From the NCBI GenBank assembly GCA_043228905.1, contig JBHGNT010000010.1, forward strand, positions 14,942,001 to 15,006,000: a stretch of 64,000 nucleotides of DNA, written 5' to 3'. Source of the stretch: Azolla caroliniana. Its lineage: Eukaryota > Plantae > Polypodiophyta. Positions 1-12,951 of the stretch are shown piece by piece (positions within the stretch are counted from its first letter, which is position 1; the number at the start of each line of letters is the position of its first letter). The translations under genes were made by a program, and so were the position numbers. The notes below the pieces were generated by a model, which was not told where the DNA came from, did not search any database, and saw nothing but the letters and a program-made list of their open reading frames with translations.

Positions 1-3000
1 CATGAATTGTGAGGTATGGAGGGACACAATCATGTAAAAACATTTGTTCTACCTGGTGCTCATTGACATTCCAAGTAGTAAATTGTTCCACGGAATTGGT
101 TGTCTAACATATCACCACCCATGATCCTAGAGTTTTATCCATACTGTTGTCTATACACATTCATTAAGATGCATTGTAATAAGTTGTTGTTTTCTTTGCA
201 CCATGATATATGGAAGATCAAAGAAGCAATAATGTATGTAAGAGTCAATTGTTGCACAAATCTTAGGTTCATCGATCGTTGGAAATGTTGGGAATGCAAT
301 TTAGACAAGTAAAATAAATGAGAATAATTTATTTTCTTTTTGAAGGTGTCAAGAAACCCGAAGTGCAGAATGCTCGTGCTGTAAGTATGGGAATTAGAAA
401 ATTGTTTGAGTCTCCTATTGGAGCGGAGCTCAGAAGGATTCATGCTTTAAGCACACTTGATACTGCTATGCGTTTGATACAACATTACAATGAAATCTTT
501 GAAAGCCTTGAAGCACATGGATTCAGTGAAAAGTAAAACTATGTGAGCGTACTTTCAACTTTGCTCTTCAGAAGGGTTCCGATTTCCAATCATTTAGGCA
601 AGAGATTGTGCACACATTCTAATAACTTATCCACGCTCGGAATTAATGCCTATACGAAGGGTAACAGGGTAACGTTGCTAAATGGGTGGACGAGACAGTG
701 AGATTTTTTCCAACAAAATGAATGAAGAATATAGTGGAACTGAGATCTCTAGAGATGGCTTCTATGGTAGATGGTTCTTTGTCTTTATCTGCAAAGTTGT
801 AGAGGATTTCCTTGAAAGGAATTATCATTGAGCGGACGAAGGAGGGTCATATTACCACAATGGCTTAATTGATTTTTTACAATTTTCACAGCTATTGGCA
901 CATCTTAGATTTTGTTAAAAGGAATGTGTATGTGCGTGCCATAGTTGGTACGCCTTGAAACCACATCGAGAAGAGATATACGTGTTAAAATGGGGGCATC
1001 AGATAGTACCTTTATATGGCTAATATTCAACTGGTTTTAACAAATGGTTTGAGATGCAGCCTCTTTTTATACACACACCACACACATACATATCACCTTT
1101 GTATGATCTATGGGCTTGTCACAATATAGAATGGTTTGAATTGCAACCTAATTCTTTCTCAACAATTTATATCTATAAATAACGTGGCAAAATAATCAAT
1201 TGAATTGCATGCAAGAACATCTATTATTGTAGGAAAATTCAGGTTTGACTATTTTATGTTTAATGCTTACCAATCTATGTTACTATTAGTATACTAGTTC
1301 ATTAGTCATACACGTTAAATGATATAAAATGAAGCAACTACAATGATCTAAGGAATTGGAAAATGGTGGTGAGAAGGGAGAGTTGGGCTTTTGTTCTAGC
1401 ATAAATGTTTGATAGGCACGCAAAGTAATGAGTAGGAGAATTTGGATGCAATGCCAATGTTGAAATAAGGGACTTTGCAAATGTTGCAACAACATGAGAG
1501 CATGGGACTAAATTGCAAAAGTTTGGTTAAGACAAAAGTGACTCTCGTTCCCAATCTTGGTCTAGGTGAATGAAGTTTGATGAACCATAACATGATGAGG
1601 TACGGCGAAGCCAACAAGGTATTTGGGGTAATCAACTATGCCATCATGTTGCTAGTGTCCTTCTCATGGTTTGTGTGACATATTTGAACACAACATTTTT
1701 GGTGTATGAACAACAATCTCCAAAAGATTTAATAGACAAAAAGTGAAGAAATGCTCAATATTGTTTAAGCAACAAGAAAGAAGCAATTCCAATTCTAAGA
1801 GAGGGAATGTACACTCTCAACAAATTTACTACTTAATTAAGCTACTACTTGGTGTGGGGAAACAAGAAAACAAAGAAAAATCACCACACCCTTGTACATG
1901 AACCAAGGGTTTATATAGAGAGAGGTGGGGAGGGAAAAGTGAATGTTTAGTCTCCTTTGACACTACAATGTCATCTATATGCCCCTTGTTTGGATGACCA
2001 ATGATATGTACAAAGAAACTACTACAACGATGTAAATGATTGGGAAATAGTGTTCTAGTATAATGTTTGATTGTCATGCAAAGTAACCAAGATCTACTAC
2101 AACAATGAAATAATTGTGACATAATAGTGAAATATTAGTGACAAGAGATATTTGGATGTAGCTACTAGCACCCAAGTTTAGAGAAAGGATTTTGCAAATG
2201 TTGCAATGATGTGAGAGTATGGGACTAGAATCGTGAAAGTTAAGAATAGGGGTTTGGTTTATCTCAATTGGGTGAGAGATTGTAATGGTGGATGATTTCA
2301 AAGGTTCAAGAAGATGTAATTTGGCAAGGAGTAGTTACATAAAAAGTCATGGCCCTTTCTAACCATATGTTGAACTAAAAGATTAAGCTCCTATGTCTAG
2401 CTATTCTTGTATTAAAATTAACCACTAATGCATAGTGCTACACTTTGCACAACTTGCTTCCATGTCTCGCATATTCTTGGGTTAAAATGACTAGTTTATA
2501 AAAACAACTCATTACCAATGAAAGCAAATATGAATGAATTGCCTTTGTAAATTACATAACTAAACTTAGCATAACCGATTGCTTACTTATAACTCGAACC
2601 TACATTACATTAAATTTTAATTTTAATATAGAAAAATGACTAGCCTTGAACTTATTGGCTCACTTCTTCAAGCATGGTCTAGTATTGTGTTTTGAATTGT
2701 TTGAAGTCATATACACTAATAGATTTCTCCTAAAAATGGGTTTACAATTACCTTCCACATCCAAGGGTTGAAAAAGATAGTAATGCCTTAGAAAAAGCAA
2801 TTGTCACCAAAGGTTGAAAAGCATATAGTGTGATCCAAAGGTTGGAAAAGATAGCGCCACCTTACAAATGTGAAGTACTTATATGTTAAGTACATATGGC
2901 ACATTCCAAAAGTCGAAAAAGCTAGCATTCTCTTTCATTGGGAAATTCTTACAAAGATTGAAATCCAATAGTGTGAGGTACTTATATGCCGAGAACATAT

Positions 3001-5210
3001 ATCACATTCTAAAGGTAAAGAAAGGTAGCATTCCATTATGAAAGCTAACAAAGGTTTACACCTATATAGTGCAATACAAACAATGAAACATGCTAGCAAA
3101 GGTTCAAATCCATGTAATGCAATCCAAAGCCGTGAAGAATAACACTCCCTTATAAGAGGCAATGAAAATAAATCGAGTTAATTAGGAGTTGAGAGCATAA
3201 AGTCACATCTACTCATATTACAATTAGAGATCTCATGAAATGTTGAAAACCCACATTGGGTTCTAACTATTTAGAAGAAAATGATGCAAGTTTTGCTCAT
3301 TGGGAAACTAGGATAAAATGTTGCATCGTATGGTTTTTGAGAGTTGGGTTACTTCTTAAAATTTCATATTATGGAATTGACATAAAGCCATAGATAATGG
3401 TACATAGGGTTGATCGAGGTTTGCCAATAAAATCTATTTCTAATGTGAGCTTGTATATGTGAAAATAATCACACAAGGTATAGTTCATGCAAAAAGTATA
3501 GTTTTTGTGGTTTAATTATATCAATTTTGACATGTAAACAATTTTTTATGCCATGTCTTTCACAAAGCTAGGCATTTCTTGATATGGGCAATGAAGTTGT
3601 TTTGAGAGCATATTGAACATTGCGATTTAGTTGCTAGCTTTAGAAGCTAAGGTCAATTGAGAAGTCTACACTAAAATTGACATATATCTAATAATGTCTA
3701 CCTCCATTGCAAGATTTGTACTCAAATTATAATCTTTGTGCACATTTTTTTAATCGAGACGCATCCAATGTGCACTTGTGTGAGAGATCAATGATGTTTA
3801 CATCCATGATTGTGTATGATCGTTTAGAAGTAGAAAATCCAAGGTACTAATGTGAAGCTTATCAAAGTGATCGCCTTTAAGAAACCCCACTTTGTGCAAA
3901 TCTATCATGCCATTTTTCTTGAAGAATATTTCGAAATTTCACGTGCCATTGAGAACATGTTGGAGGGGGGGGGATTGCATATTACTCAATTGTCCAGAGC
4001 CTCAAGGGTTAGAAAAGGTAGCATTGCATTATGAAAAGACAATGTGAAACAAGATATATGTCCAAAAGGAAATATGTTGAGGGCAAAAAGATCTGTGTGC
4101 ACTTTTGCTGCATCGAGCATGCTTAAACTTGGAAAAATAGAAAGGAATGTTTTTGAAGAAAAGGAAATGAACTCCCATTGTGTTAACAAATTGTGGATAC
4201 ACACCACCGCACACATATGTCAACAATTGATGAATTACTTTGTCTACGACTTTGTTCAATTCTCAAATAATTCACGTTTCAAACTTGGTCTAAAATAATC
4301 GACGATGATAAATAAGGGCTTAGTTGTGCTTGGCATTAAAAGTTATAGTCATAATTTATTGTTCGATCGGTTTATGCAGAAAAGTGTTGCTTTAATGGTT
4401 TGTTGCAGAAAATGACATATGACCAAACTTTTAATACCATTATCTTCCATCATGCAAGGTCTTTGCGATTTCCAACAAGTTCTTACTGTTTGTTTTTATT
4501 ATTATTGCAGATCGAGTCCATCGACGTGTTTGCATCAAAAGTATGATCCACCTAGCTAATTTTCACCTCCACGAGGAGATTTCACTAAAGAATAGTGAAT
4601 TCTTTTGAATATCTTTATCAAGTTGATTTGAATATGCATGTTGGCAAGGAATTAGTGATTCGACGTGCGTATCCCATATTGCAAACGTGTTTTAAGATGA
4701 GAATTACATAGATGATAATCTCACATATTATTACTCTTGTAATTTTTTTTTCTAAATAACTAGACTTAAAGGTGGTGGCACATTGACTGATATATTTTAA
4801 CGGATTCAGAAGTTAGCAATTGGGATACTGTAAGTACATTCCCCATGGTCGATATCCCCGTAATGACTATATGATGATTCAAGAATCTACAACTTGAGAT
4901 TTACGACCAGAAGGCTACCTCGGGGGATTCCTTTTACCATCATCACCATAATCGATCGAGATCTAAGGAGTTCTATCTACTCACAAAATGATGGCTCCAA
5001 AATCATTTCCATGGCCTTCCTCAAAATTTTCCATGACACAAAATGATTTGCCCTTCCTATCTTTGACCTTGGAGCACGACCCCCAAAAAACTCACGCTAA
5101 TGTTCAGTACCATGTGAAAATACTCTGGAGATTGTGTCCTAAATTGTTTTTTTTAGTTTTCCATAATTATCATCACATCAACTCCTCCCATTAATGCCCA
5201 CCGTACAATT

Positions 5211-6009
5211 AGGCGAACTGAAATCAATCACGTACTCTTGGGGGTCTCGGTGGAAGTTTTATTGTAGTTGAGCACTAGGAACTTCCATCCCACCCTTGAA
5301 GTCTTGGGTTGTGTATATGTATTTGTAGTCTTTCTTTCTAGCACATATATATATTCGACATAAAATTTGATAACAATAAAAAGCATAATTTGACCACTAA
5401 AGGACTAACTACATATTTACACAACTTTACCATATTGTTTTCATCTCACCATGTGAATAGAGAAGTAAGGTTGACCCAGACGAACTAAAATCAATCACAT
5501 ACTCTTGGGGATCTCGGTGGAGGTTGTATTGTAGTTGAGCACTATGGACTTCCATCCCATCCTTGGGGTCTTGGGTTGTGTATATGTATTTCTAATCTTT
5601 CTTTCTAGCAAAGATATATTCGACATAAAATTTGATAACAATAAAAAGTGTAATTTGATCACTAAATGACTAACTACATATTTACACGACTTTGCCATAT
5701 TTTTTCATCTCACCTTGTGAATAGAGAAGTAAGCTTGACCTAGGCGAACTAAAATTAATCACATACTCTTGGGAATCTCGGTGGAAGTTGTATTGTAGTT
5801 GAGCATTAGGGACTTCCATCCCACCCTTGGAGTCTTGGGTTGTGTATATGTATGTATTTCTGGTCTTTCTTTCTAGCATAGATATATTCAACATAAATTT
5901 TGATAACATAAAATGAGTAATTTGATCACTAAAGGACTAGCTCCATATTTACACAACTTTACCATATAGTTTTCATCTCACCATGTGAATAGAGAAGTAA
6001 GCTTGGCCT
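5211..6009. repeat. Tandem triplication of a ~265-bp AT-rich unit
   Basis: Unit 'AG(G/A)CGAACT..AATCAC.TACTCTTGGG...GTGAATAGAGAAGTAAG' starts at 5211, 5478 and 5742; copies differ by scattered substitutions and small indels. Confidence 0.9.
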
Positions 6010-6149
6010 TATTCCTCGGCTTATTTCCCTTCATCAAAGAGCATTGTGCTCCTATTCTCAAAATAGAGTGATCCAACTATTCTTTATATCATCATTGAAC
6101 CTTCATATATTTTAGGCTAGTGACAAATGCATGAAATCCTACGATATGT

Positions 6150-8220
6150 ATGACAAATATTGCGTCACACTTCAAGATCACGTTTAGGAACTTGAGGAAT
6201 CCAATATTGTGGCAATCTTGGATGTTTTTTTATGCTCCCATCTTTTTCTTACTTTTCTTTCTTTGACAAGTGGTTTATTCCTTCCCAATTACCCATAAAC
6301 TTTGATACCATGTAACCATCTGATACGGTAGACAAAGACTCAAGCTGAGATATTTCTTGAGTGAAACTAGATCCCTCCCCATTGCTAGATGGAAGGTTGA
6401 TGAAGTTTGCGATTGTGCTTAGTTGTGCAATCTTGATAAAAAGGTTTCATTAATCTCAATGATCCTACGTATATGTAGGCATAATATCCTTGACATATAT
6501 CAACATGTTATAGAATAACATACATATAATGGCTCCATGGCTTGTATGAACAAATTGCATTGTGCTTCAAGATTGAAATAAGGATGTAAATGCGGAATGC
6601 AAAGGGATTTTACCATATGTAGAAGGGTCTCTAAAGACTAGGAGATCCATGAGATTGTCATCATGTTCTCCAAGCTTTCACACTTATTAAGTTAGATGTG
6701 ATGGATGTAGGTTTAAGATTCTCCGAAAAAGTTGGGCACTTACCTTTTTCCTAGGAACATTAATTTTATCTTAATTTCATCACATATTTCAACAAACATA
6801 TTCAATTAGTAATGACAAAATAATAACAATTAGTTAAACTTTTCCTCTTTAATTATGCTCAAGTGTCATGATGTTGGTGCCTCATCAAATCAAAGTCAAT
6901 GTTGCAAGGCTAATGCACTCGATCTAAAACATGTTTCTCAACTTTTATTTTTTCTTGTGCCTTTTCTAAGAAGTAAGGAAGCCAATGTTATCATATAGTG
7001 TTTACATGCTACTTATATCATATCATTCCAAAACCTAAATCGTGAAAGGTAATCTAAACATGTTATAAGAGGTAACTGAGGACTTACGCAAGTAGATAAC
7101 AACAAACCAACACCACTTCATTGGATAACCCTCATTGTTTTTGTGCTACAAACAACCCTAACCAAAGAGGACTATAAAATGTCGTAAAACGAAACTATTT
7201 AGACGGGCATGGAATTAACGAGGGGCGATGCACCACTAAAATGTGGTGTGTTACCTTTGTTGACAACAATATGAGGATGGAAAATCACATATTTTTTTGC
7301 CAAAGTTGTGGCATTGGACACACATAAAAATTGAACTTTCCTAGTGTAAAATTGCACAACTGATTCATATAGATATGTAATGAATTAAATGAAAATGTGA
7401 TTGCTACCATGTTACTCCATTTCCTCTTTAATTGGTATGTTACTCTCCATCACCTCCTGAAGAACAAAACATTTCGAAACATCAACATCCCCTTCCAGAG
7501 TACAATGTGAATTCTTGTCTCTAAAGAGATGAGGTTTGAAGTCAACATTGATTGAGCAACAATATTCAGGTACACTTGAGAAGCATAACATTTATAGAGA
7601 CTTACAAATTGATGACCATCATGAAAGCACGTTGTAAAGCACCATGTGGCAAACAATGATTGTTTCGGCAAGAATGTCTCCTTAGAAGTTGGCAATTACA
7701 TCTAGGTAGACTCTACATTAAGAGGCTATCCATTCTCATGAATGAAGAATGGCAAATTGGTAAGAACTTTGTCGATGGATTTGTCTTATTCATCAACCAT
7801 CTTAAGAATGGGCCCAAATCTACGAATGTGTTTCTAAAAGACCACATAAATATGACTGGAAAAGATTGTAGGTAAAGCCCAACTTTTGATGTCGATACTT
7901 TAATTCTGAAACCGTAGATAAAATTAATATCCGACTCACTATTCTAACATTGACAAAATTTCTCAGTTCGAACAATTCTCACATTTGGTTAAAATGCCTC
8001 ATATTCAAGGAGATATATCTTTGTAAGGCATCACTTTCGTTAGACAGTTTGAGTGAAGGTCACTATCTAAAACTTTGCATAAGAAAAATAGGTTATTCTT
8101 TATGTACCAAAAGGTTGTAAAGGGAAGATAAGTGATACAATCAAACAACAGTTAGCGCACAACACATCCTTTATTCATGATCACCATGGGGCATGCTTAC
8201 AACATGAATGCTTGAAAATA
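6150..8220 (-). mobile_element. Highly decayed hAT-like (DUF659-type) transposase remnant
   Basis: Minus-strand fragments lie in the expected order: 'FIHENG*PLNV' (~7750, cf. FFYENGIPFN), 'PLVNSM' (~7215, cf. RPLINFM), a weak HxF*xxC-like stretch (~6930, cf. HIFWTPC). No intact ORF or TIRs found; motif matching is from memory. Confidence 0.35.
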
Positions 8221-8827
8221 AGCGAAGTTTCGTGAAATTCTCACATACAACATTCAAAACCCACCCATCCTCTCTAGTTCAAAACAATGAGGCCAAATAC
8301 CATACATGCATGCATGCATACATACAAAGAAATTCTTTAAGGGCAAGACCTTCACGACCACGAGAATGATGCCGCCTCTGGGGTGAATGATCAAGCGAAA
8401 GCATGTTCTTATTGGGGGGTCTACTACACATCTTGATCATGCGTGCATGACTGTGTGGCGAAAGTGACATCTCTCAAGGGAAGAGGTGATCTTCATGATA
8501 ACGAGGTGAGACTTGGGGAGTGGTGGAAGGAAGGCGCATCAAATGAATGGATGAATGGAGAGGGTGAGTGAGTGAGTATGGAGCTAACTATAGCTAGCTC
8601 TCACTTTCCTTAACTTTGTACACACAAACAACCACACACACACTATGTTTAGAGGGAATGGCCACCACTACCACTATCTAAAGGAAGTAGAGGAGTTAGT
8701 TACTCCCCATTCTTAACACTAACTTTACTTTAAAAGCTTTTATTCTCTTCCTACCCTCTCCACTCTCTTCTTCATCCTCCTCTTCTTTTACTTACACCAC
8801 CATCCCAACAACAAAACCAACTTACTC

Positions 8828-8977
8828 TACTACTACTACTACTACTACTAGTAGTGCACACATTGTTACTTCTTTCTCTCTCTCTAGAGACACTCACTAT
8901 CTTTAGTGACAAACTCCCCCCCCCCCCCCATTTTGATTGTACCACAACTCATCAAGCTTTGTTTTTAGACATACACA

Positions 8978-9009
<32 letters not shown>

Positions 9010-9021
9010 CTATCATCACCA

Positions 9022-9071
<50 letters not shown>

Positions 9072-9126
9072 CATAGGCCCCCATTGACTAAAAACACACA
9101 AAAATACATATGTTATGTCTTTTCCT

Positions 9127-9167
<41 letters not shown>

Positions 9168-9198
9168 CCCTTCTTCACCACCACCACCACCACCACCA
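8828..9198. repeat. Microsatellite cluster in the cyclin promoter/5' leader: (CTA)n, polyC, (CAT)n, (CT)n(CA)n, (GA)n, (CAC)n
   Basis: Directly visible simple repeats; they account for the spurious ORFs at 8854-9401. Confidence 0.95.
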
Positions 9199-9311
9199 GA
9201 GTAGGCTACTACCACAACACTTCACCACCATTGCTAAAAAAAAAGCTTCATTTTGTGTTCAGCTTTCCTTCTTCTGCTTTTCTTTCTTTCTCTCCTATCC
9301 CACCACTAATA

Positions 9312-9401
9312 ATGCAAATGGAATCATATACTTCTTCTTCTTCAATTGCTTCCTTGATGCCACTCACACCTTCTTCTTCGAAAATGCCCATATTATACTA
9401 G
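9312..9401 (+). other. Putative upstream ORF (29 aa, MQMESYTSSSSIASLMPLTPSSSKMPILY) in the cyclin leader
   Basis: ATG at 9312 to TAG at 9399-9401, four in-frame ATGs, out of frame with the cyclin CDS, ending 107 nt before ATG 9509. Transcription start unknown. Confidence 0.35.
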
Positions 9402-9508
9402 CACCAACATCAAGCAAAAGCAGAGGAAGAGGAGCAGAGCAAACATACAGAGTCTCCAAAAGGAAGGAAGGAAGGAAGGAAGAAGAAGAACAGAGCAATT
9501 CCCAAAAG

Positions 9509-10099
9509 ATGAGGAAAGCACCTCCAAAATCAGATGGGATCAATTCAAAATTAGCCATGCATCATGCCATGGATGGTGGTAGGGAGAGGAGAGATGATGT
9601 TAGGTTGAAGAGAGAGGATGTCAGGTTGCGGAGGGACGATGCCAGGGAGAAGAGAGATGATCCGAAGATGAAGAGAGATGATGGTCGGGTGATGAGAGAC
9701 GATGTTAGGGAGAAGAGAGATGATATGAGGCTGAAGAGAGAGGATGTTGACGAGGTAAGGCTGATGAGCGATGATGTTAAGGAGAAGAGAGATGGAGATG
9801 GAGATGGAGATGGAGATGGGGATGGGGATGGGGATGGGGATGGACATGGAAATGATGAGAAAGACCACGCTATTATTATCAGAAAATATCATATTCAATT
9901 TGATGAAATGAATCAAACTAGGGTAAATGATGATGATGCATTTGAGAAGGAACAGAGGTCTCCATTAGAGCTCCAATCTGCATTTTCTGTTTTATTTGAG
10001 AGAGAGAAGTTGTATATGCCACACGCTCATAAGCTGGAAGGGAATGAATTAGGGATTGATCCAACCTCAAGAAAGAAAGCCATAAGATGGCTCTTAAAG
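9509..10099 (+). CDS. CYCD: CYCD exon 1 (start codon uncertain)
   Basis: Open frame ending ...WLLK, followed by GT donor at 10100. Confidence 0.8.
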
Positions 10100-12951
10100 G
10101 TACACAAAAATGATAGACAATACTAATGATAATACTACATCAAAGCCTAATCCTAACCCTAATGGGAGCTAGTTGTTTCTCTTGACATAAAACCCTAAAA
10201 TCCCTAATGGGCTTATGGTTACATTCATCTCTTTCGGAGTAAACCTTACATACTAATGATCTTAAGCACATGATCAAATGAAATGGCCCATGAAATGGGA
10301 GTCACATATGTACTGTATAAATGTGGCATCATTGCTTATCTGATTTTTTATGTGTCTTTCCAGATGCAAGCATTCTTCAACTTCTCGCTCCATACAGCCG
10401 CTCTATCGATCAACTATCTTGACCGATTCTTGACTGAGAGACAGATTACAGTATGCATCTTCTCAACCTAACTCATAATGTATGCATAGCTAGTATGCAA
10501 ATGTATGTATAATACGTAAAATGTACATGTATGTATGTACAATATCCAAAATCTCTGTGTGTGTGTCCATATATATATATATATATATACTTGGAAAATC
10601 TATAATGTGTACATATATACATGGAAAATGTATAATATGTAAAATATACATGTACTATGTACAATAACTAAACTGTGTACATACATACATATATATATGT
10701 ATATACCATTGAAAATGTAACCATGCATATGTATGTAAATGCATATCTGTATGTCTGTAAAATGTCTATGTGTATGTATAAATAGATCATGTATATACTT
10801 TGTATATGTATGTGTTTGCAGACATGAATTCAAATATGCATAGAAAAAACTATGGTCCGAAATATATGGTGTTGTTTTAATCCCTCAAACCTTGCATTCT
10901 AAATGCTTGTAGAATGGGAAAGCATGGGTGATGCATCTCTTATCAGTGGCATGTCTCTCTTTGGCTGCCAAAATGGAGGAGATTGAAGTGCCACTATTGC
11001 TAGATCTTCAGGTACTTCTTCCCTTTCCTCATTTATACTTAAGTCATTGGTTTGGTCTTTGGCTACTAGTATGGTTGTTATTAAATCCTCCAGATGCATA
11101 TATAATTGAAAAAATGGTGCAATCTTTCTTGAAAATCTTTTGATTTGGCTGTAACATGGTAGGTTGAAACTCACTTCTTTTTCGAGTCTTCGACGATCCA
11201 AAGGATGGAGCTATTAGTTTTGAGCACACTAGGATGGAGGATGAGCTCTATCACACCCTTCTCTTACACACATTTATTCATGTCCATACTTCATCCCTTC
11301 AAGTTTAACACAAAAAACGCATTATCCGCAAGGATTAATGACCTAATCTTTGAATCAATCCAAGGTAATCCCAATCCCTCTCATTTCATTTCTATCTCTT
11401 TTGTGTGCAAATGCACATTCTCTTTTACACACTAATGTGCATACATAAGTGAACGCCTAGGGCTGATGTTGTGCATATGGACATGGGATTCATTTAGGAT
11501 TATGTTGTGTCGATATTTGAGGTGTAGGGTGATATAATGGGTATACAAGTAAGGTTCGGGACCTAGATTTTGGGTTTTTTAGGGTTTATGATGTTTTGCA
11601 TACATATAGTGTTTAGGTTTTATAATGGTGTGCATCTATTTAAGGGTTTAGGGCAGTGTGTGTACATTTAAGGTTTAAGGCTTAGTCTTATGCTGTGCAT
11701 CCTTGTAAGATTTAGGGTGGTATTACGTCCATGTTTGTTAGATTTAGGGTTATACATGGAAGCTTCCCACTAGTAATATATGTATTGCTAAAGAACAAAA
11801 AAGATTTAGGGTTATCTTGTTCATATATGTAATGTGTAGGAGTATGTTAGGCATATATGTATGTTTAGCATTATATCTTTGCTCCCGAGCTTTTGGATTA
11901 AGGTGTTAGGGTTATAGTCATGCTTATATAGAAGGTTTAGGTCCTAGAATATATTGTGCATATTACACATGAGGTTTATGTTTTCGGGTTATATTGTGTG
12001 TGCATGTTAAGTTTTAGGGTTGAATGTTTTGGGTTATAGCATGCATAAGGTCTAGTGTTTTGGGGTATATAACAATATTTCTTTTTAAGGTTTTTGGCTC
12101 TTGGGTATGTGTATAGATTGTGTCGGATTGTCTTTGTATGCATAATGCACGTATAATCACCTGCATATGTACATGTATCGATACTCCCACTTTTAAATAC
12201 ATTCGTACATAGATGCCTATCCATATGTATGGGTATGCCAACAAGGGTATATGCGTATCAATTCGGTACATCCCATTGTTAAGTTGGGACCATTTGTGAA
12301 GGTATGCTTGTGTATATATAAGTGTACAACCGATAGAGACAACTTATACCGAGCTCATTATCCCAACATCTCCATTACTTTTAATTAACACTAATAGGTT
12401 ATGGTGATTAATTTCATATATGCACAACTTCAAACATTTAGTTATGTGTTGCCTTGTATGACTTTTTTTAAAATACATTTGTAGATCCAAGGTTCCTTCC
12501 ATTCCGACCCTCTTCTATAGCAGGGGCCGCCATTATTTGTGCACTTGAGGAGATGCATCCTACTCAATTCAATGATCAAAAGGCTCTACTTCTTTACATA
12601 CTACCCCTACAAGCAAAGGTAATCAAATGCCATTCCCATGGTTTCAATCTAAACGATGTTTTGTCGACCCTCGTACACACTTACAACACATGTTTTTTTT
12701 GTTTTTGAATATCTTTATTACAGGTCGAGCTAATGAATTGTCATGCACTTATGATGGAGCTATATTCTATCGAATGTGCCACGACCAAAGATGGGGATTC
12801 GGAATGTTCGGCACCCCGGAGCCCTATGGGGGTTCTCGACGCATCATTTAGTAGCAGTAGCATTACTAGTTGCATTAACTCCCAGACGAGTCAACCTATT
12901 TCATCTACTTTCTCACCCACAAAGTGGAGAACTGATAATGAATTGTCGTAG
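9509..12951 (+). CDS. CYCD: D-type cyclin, 6 exons: 9509-10099, 10364-10450, 10913-11011, 11163-11364, 12485-12618, 12724-12951 (~446 aa if started at ATG 9509; an in-frame ATG also exists at 9110)
   Basis: All five introns are GT-AG and the joined frame is open. Cyclin-box motifs: 'SRKKAIRWLLK', 'TAALSINYLDRFL', 'WVMHLLSVACLSLAAKMEEIEVPLLLDLQ', 'FESSTIQRMELLVLSTLGWRMSSITPFSY', 'FRPSSIAGAA', and the CYCD C-terminal 'PRSPMGVLDA'. Internal exon lengths of 87/99/202 bp are typical of plant CYCD genes. Confidence 0.95.
9581..9846 (+). repeat. Coding minisatellite: ~10 copies of a 21-bp/7-aa unit (consensus R-[LE]-K-R-D-D-V) followed by a (DG)n hexamer repeat
   Basis: RERRDDV RLKREDV RLRRDDA REKRDDP KMKRDDG RVMRDDV REKRDDM RLKREDV..., then (GATGGR)n. 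Confidence 0.9.
10364..10450 (+). CDS. CYCD: CYCD exon 2 (87 bp)
   Basis: TTTCCAG acceptor; MQAFFNFSLHTAALSINYLDRFLTERQIT; GTATGC donor. Confidence 0.95.
10913..11011 (+). CDS. CYCD: CYCD exon 3 (99 bp)
   Basis: TTGTAG acceptor; NGKAWVMHLLSVACLSLAAKMEEIEVPLLLDLQ; GTACTT donor. Confidence 0.95.
11163..11364 (+). CDS. CYCD: CYCD exon 4 (202 bp)
   Basis: TGGTAG acceptor; VETHFFFESSTIQRMELLVLSTLGWRM...FESIQ; GTAATC donor, phase 1. Confidence 0.95.
11570..12035 (+). repeat. Dispersed telomere-like TTTAGGG/TTAGGG motifs in CYCD intron 4
   Basis: Repeated TTTAGGG(TT) and variants near 11578, 11647, 11711, 11743, 11804, 11907 and 12013, all on one strand and not in tandem. Confidence 0.6.
12485..12618 (+). 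CDS. CYCD: CYCD exon 5 (134 bp)
   Basis: TTTGTAG acceptor; DPRFLPFRPSSIAGAAIICALEEM...LQAK; GTAATC donor. Confidence 0.92.
12724..12951 (+). CDS. CYCD: CYCD exon 6 (last coding exon)
   Basis: TTACAG acceptor; VELMNCHALMMEL...PRSPMGVLDASFSS...NELS*. Confidence 0.92.
   Translation, partial: VELMNCHALMMELYSIECATTKDGDSECSAPRSPMGVLDASFSSSSITSCINSQTSQPISSTFSPTKWRTDNELS

Noticed and set aside
1-4990. Short ORFs, a diverged direct repeat (~1390-1530 vs ~2045-2250) and degenerate CCAAAGGTTGAAAA-like repeats (~2760-3160)
   Set aside because: Probably old TE debris, but I could not assign a family, termini or protein motif.
8854-9401. Long ORFs with poly-H/HT/RE/I tracts
   Set aside because: They are translations of microsatellites. 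The 9110 ATG extension of the cyclin is possible, but it crosses (GA)n and (CAC)n and looks like 5' UTR.
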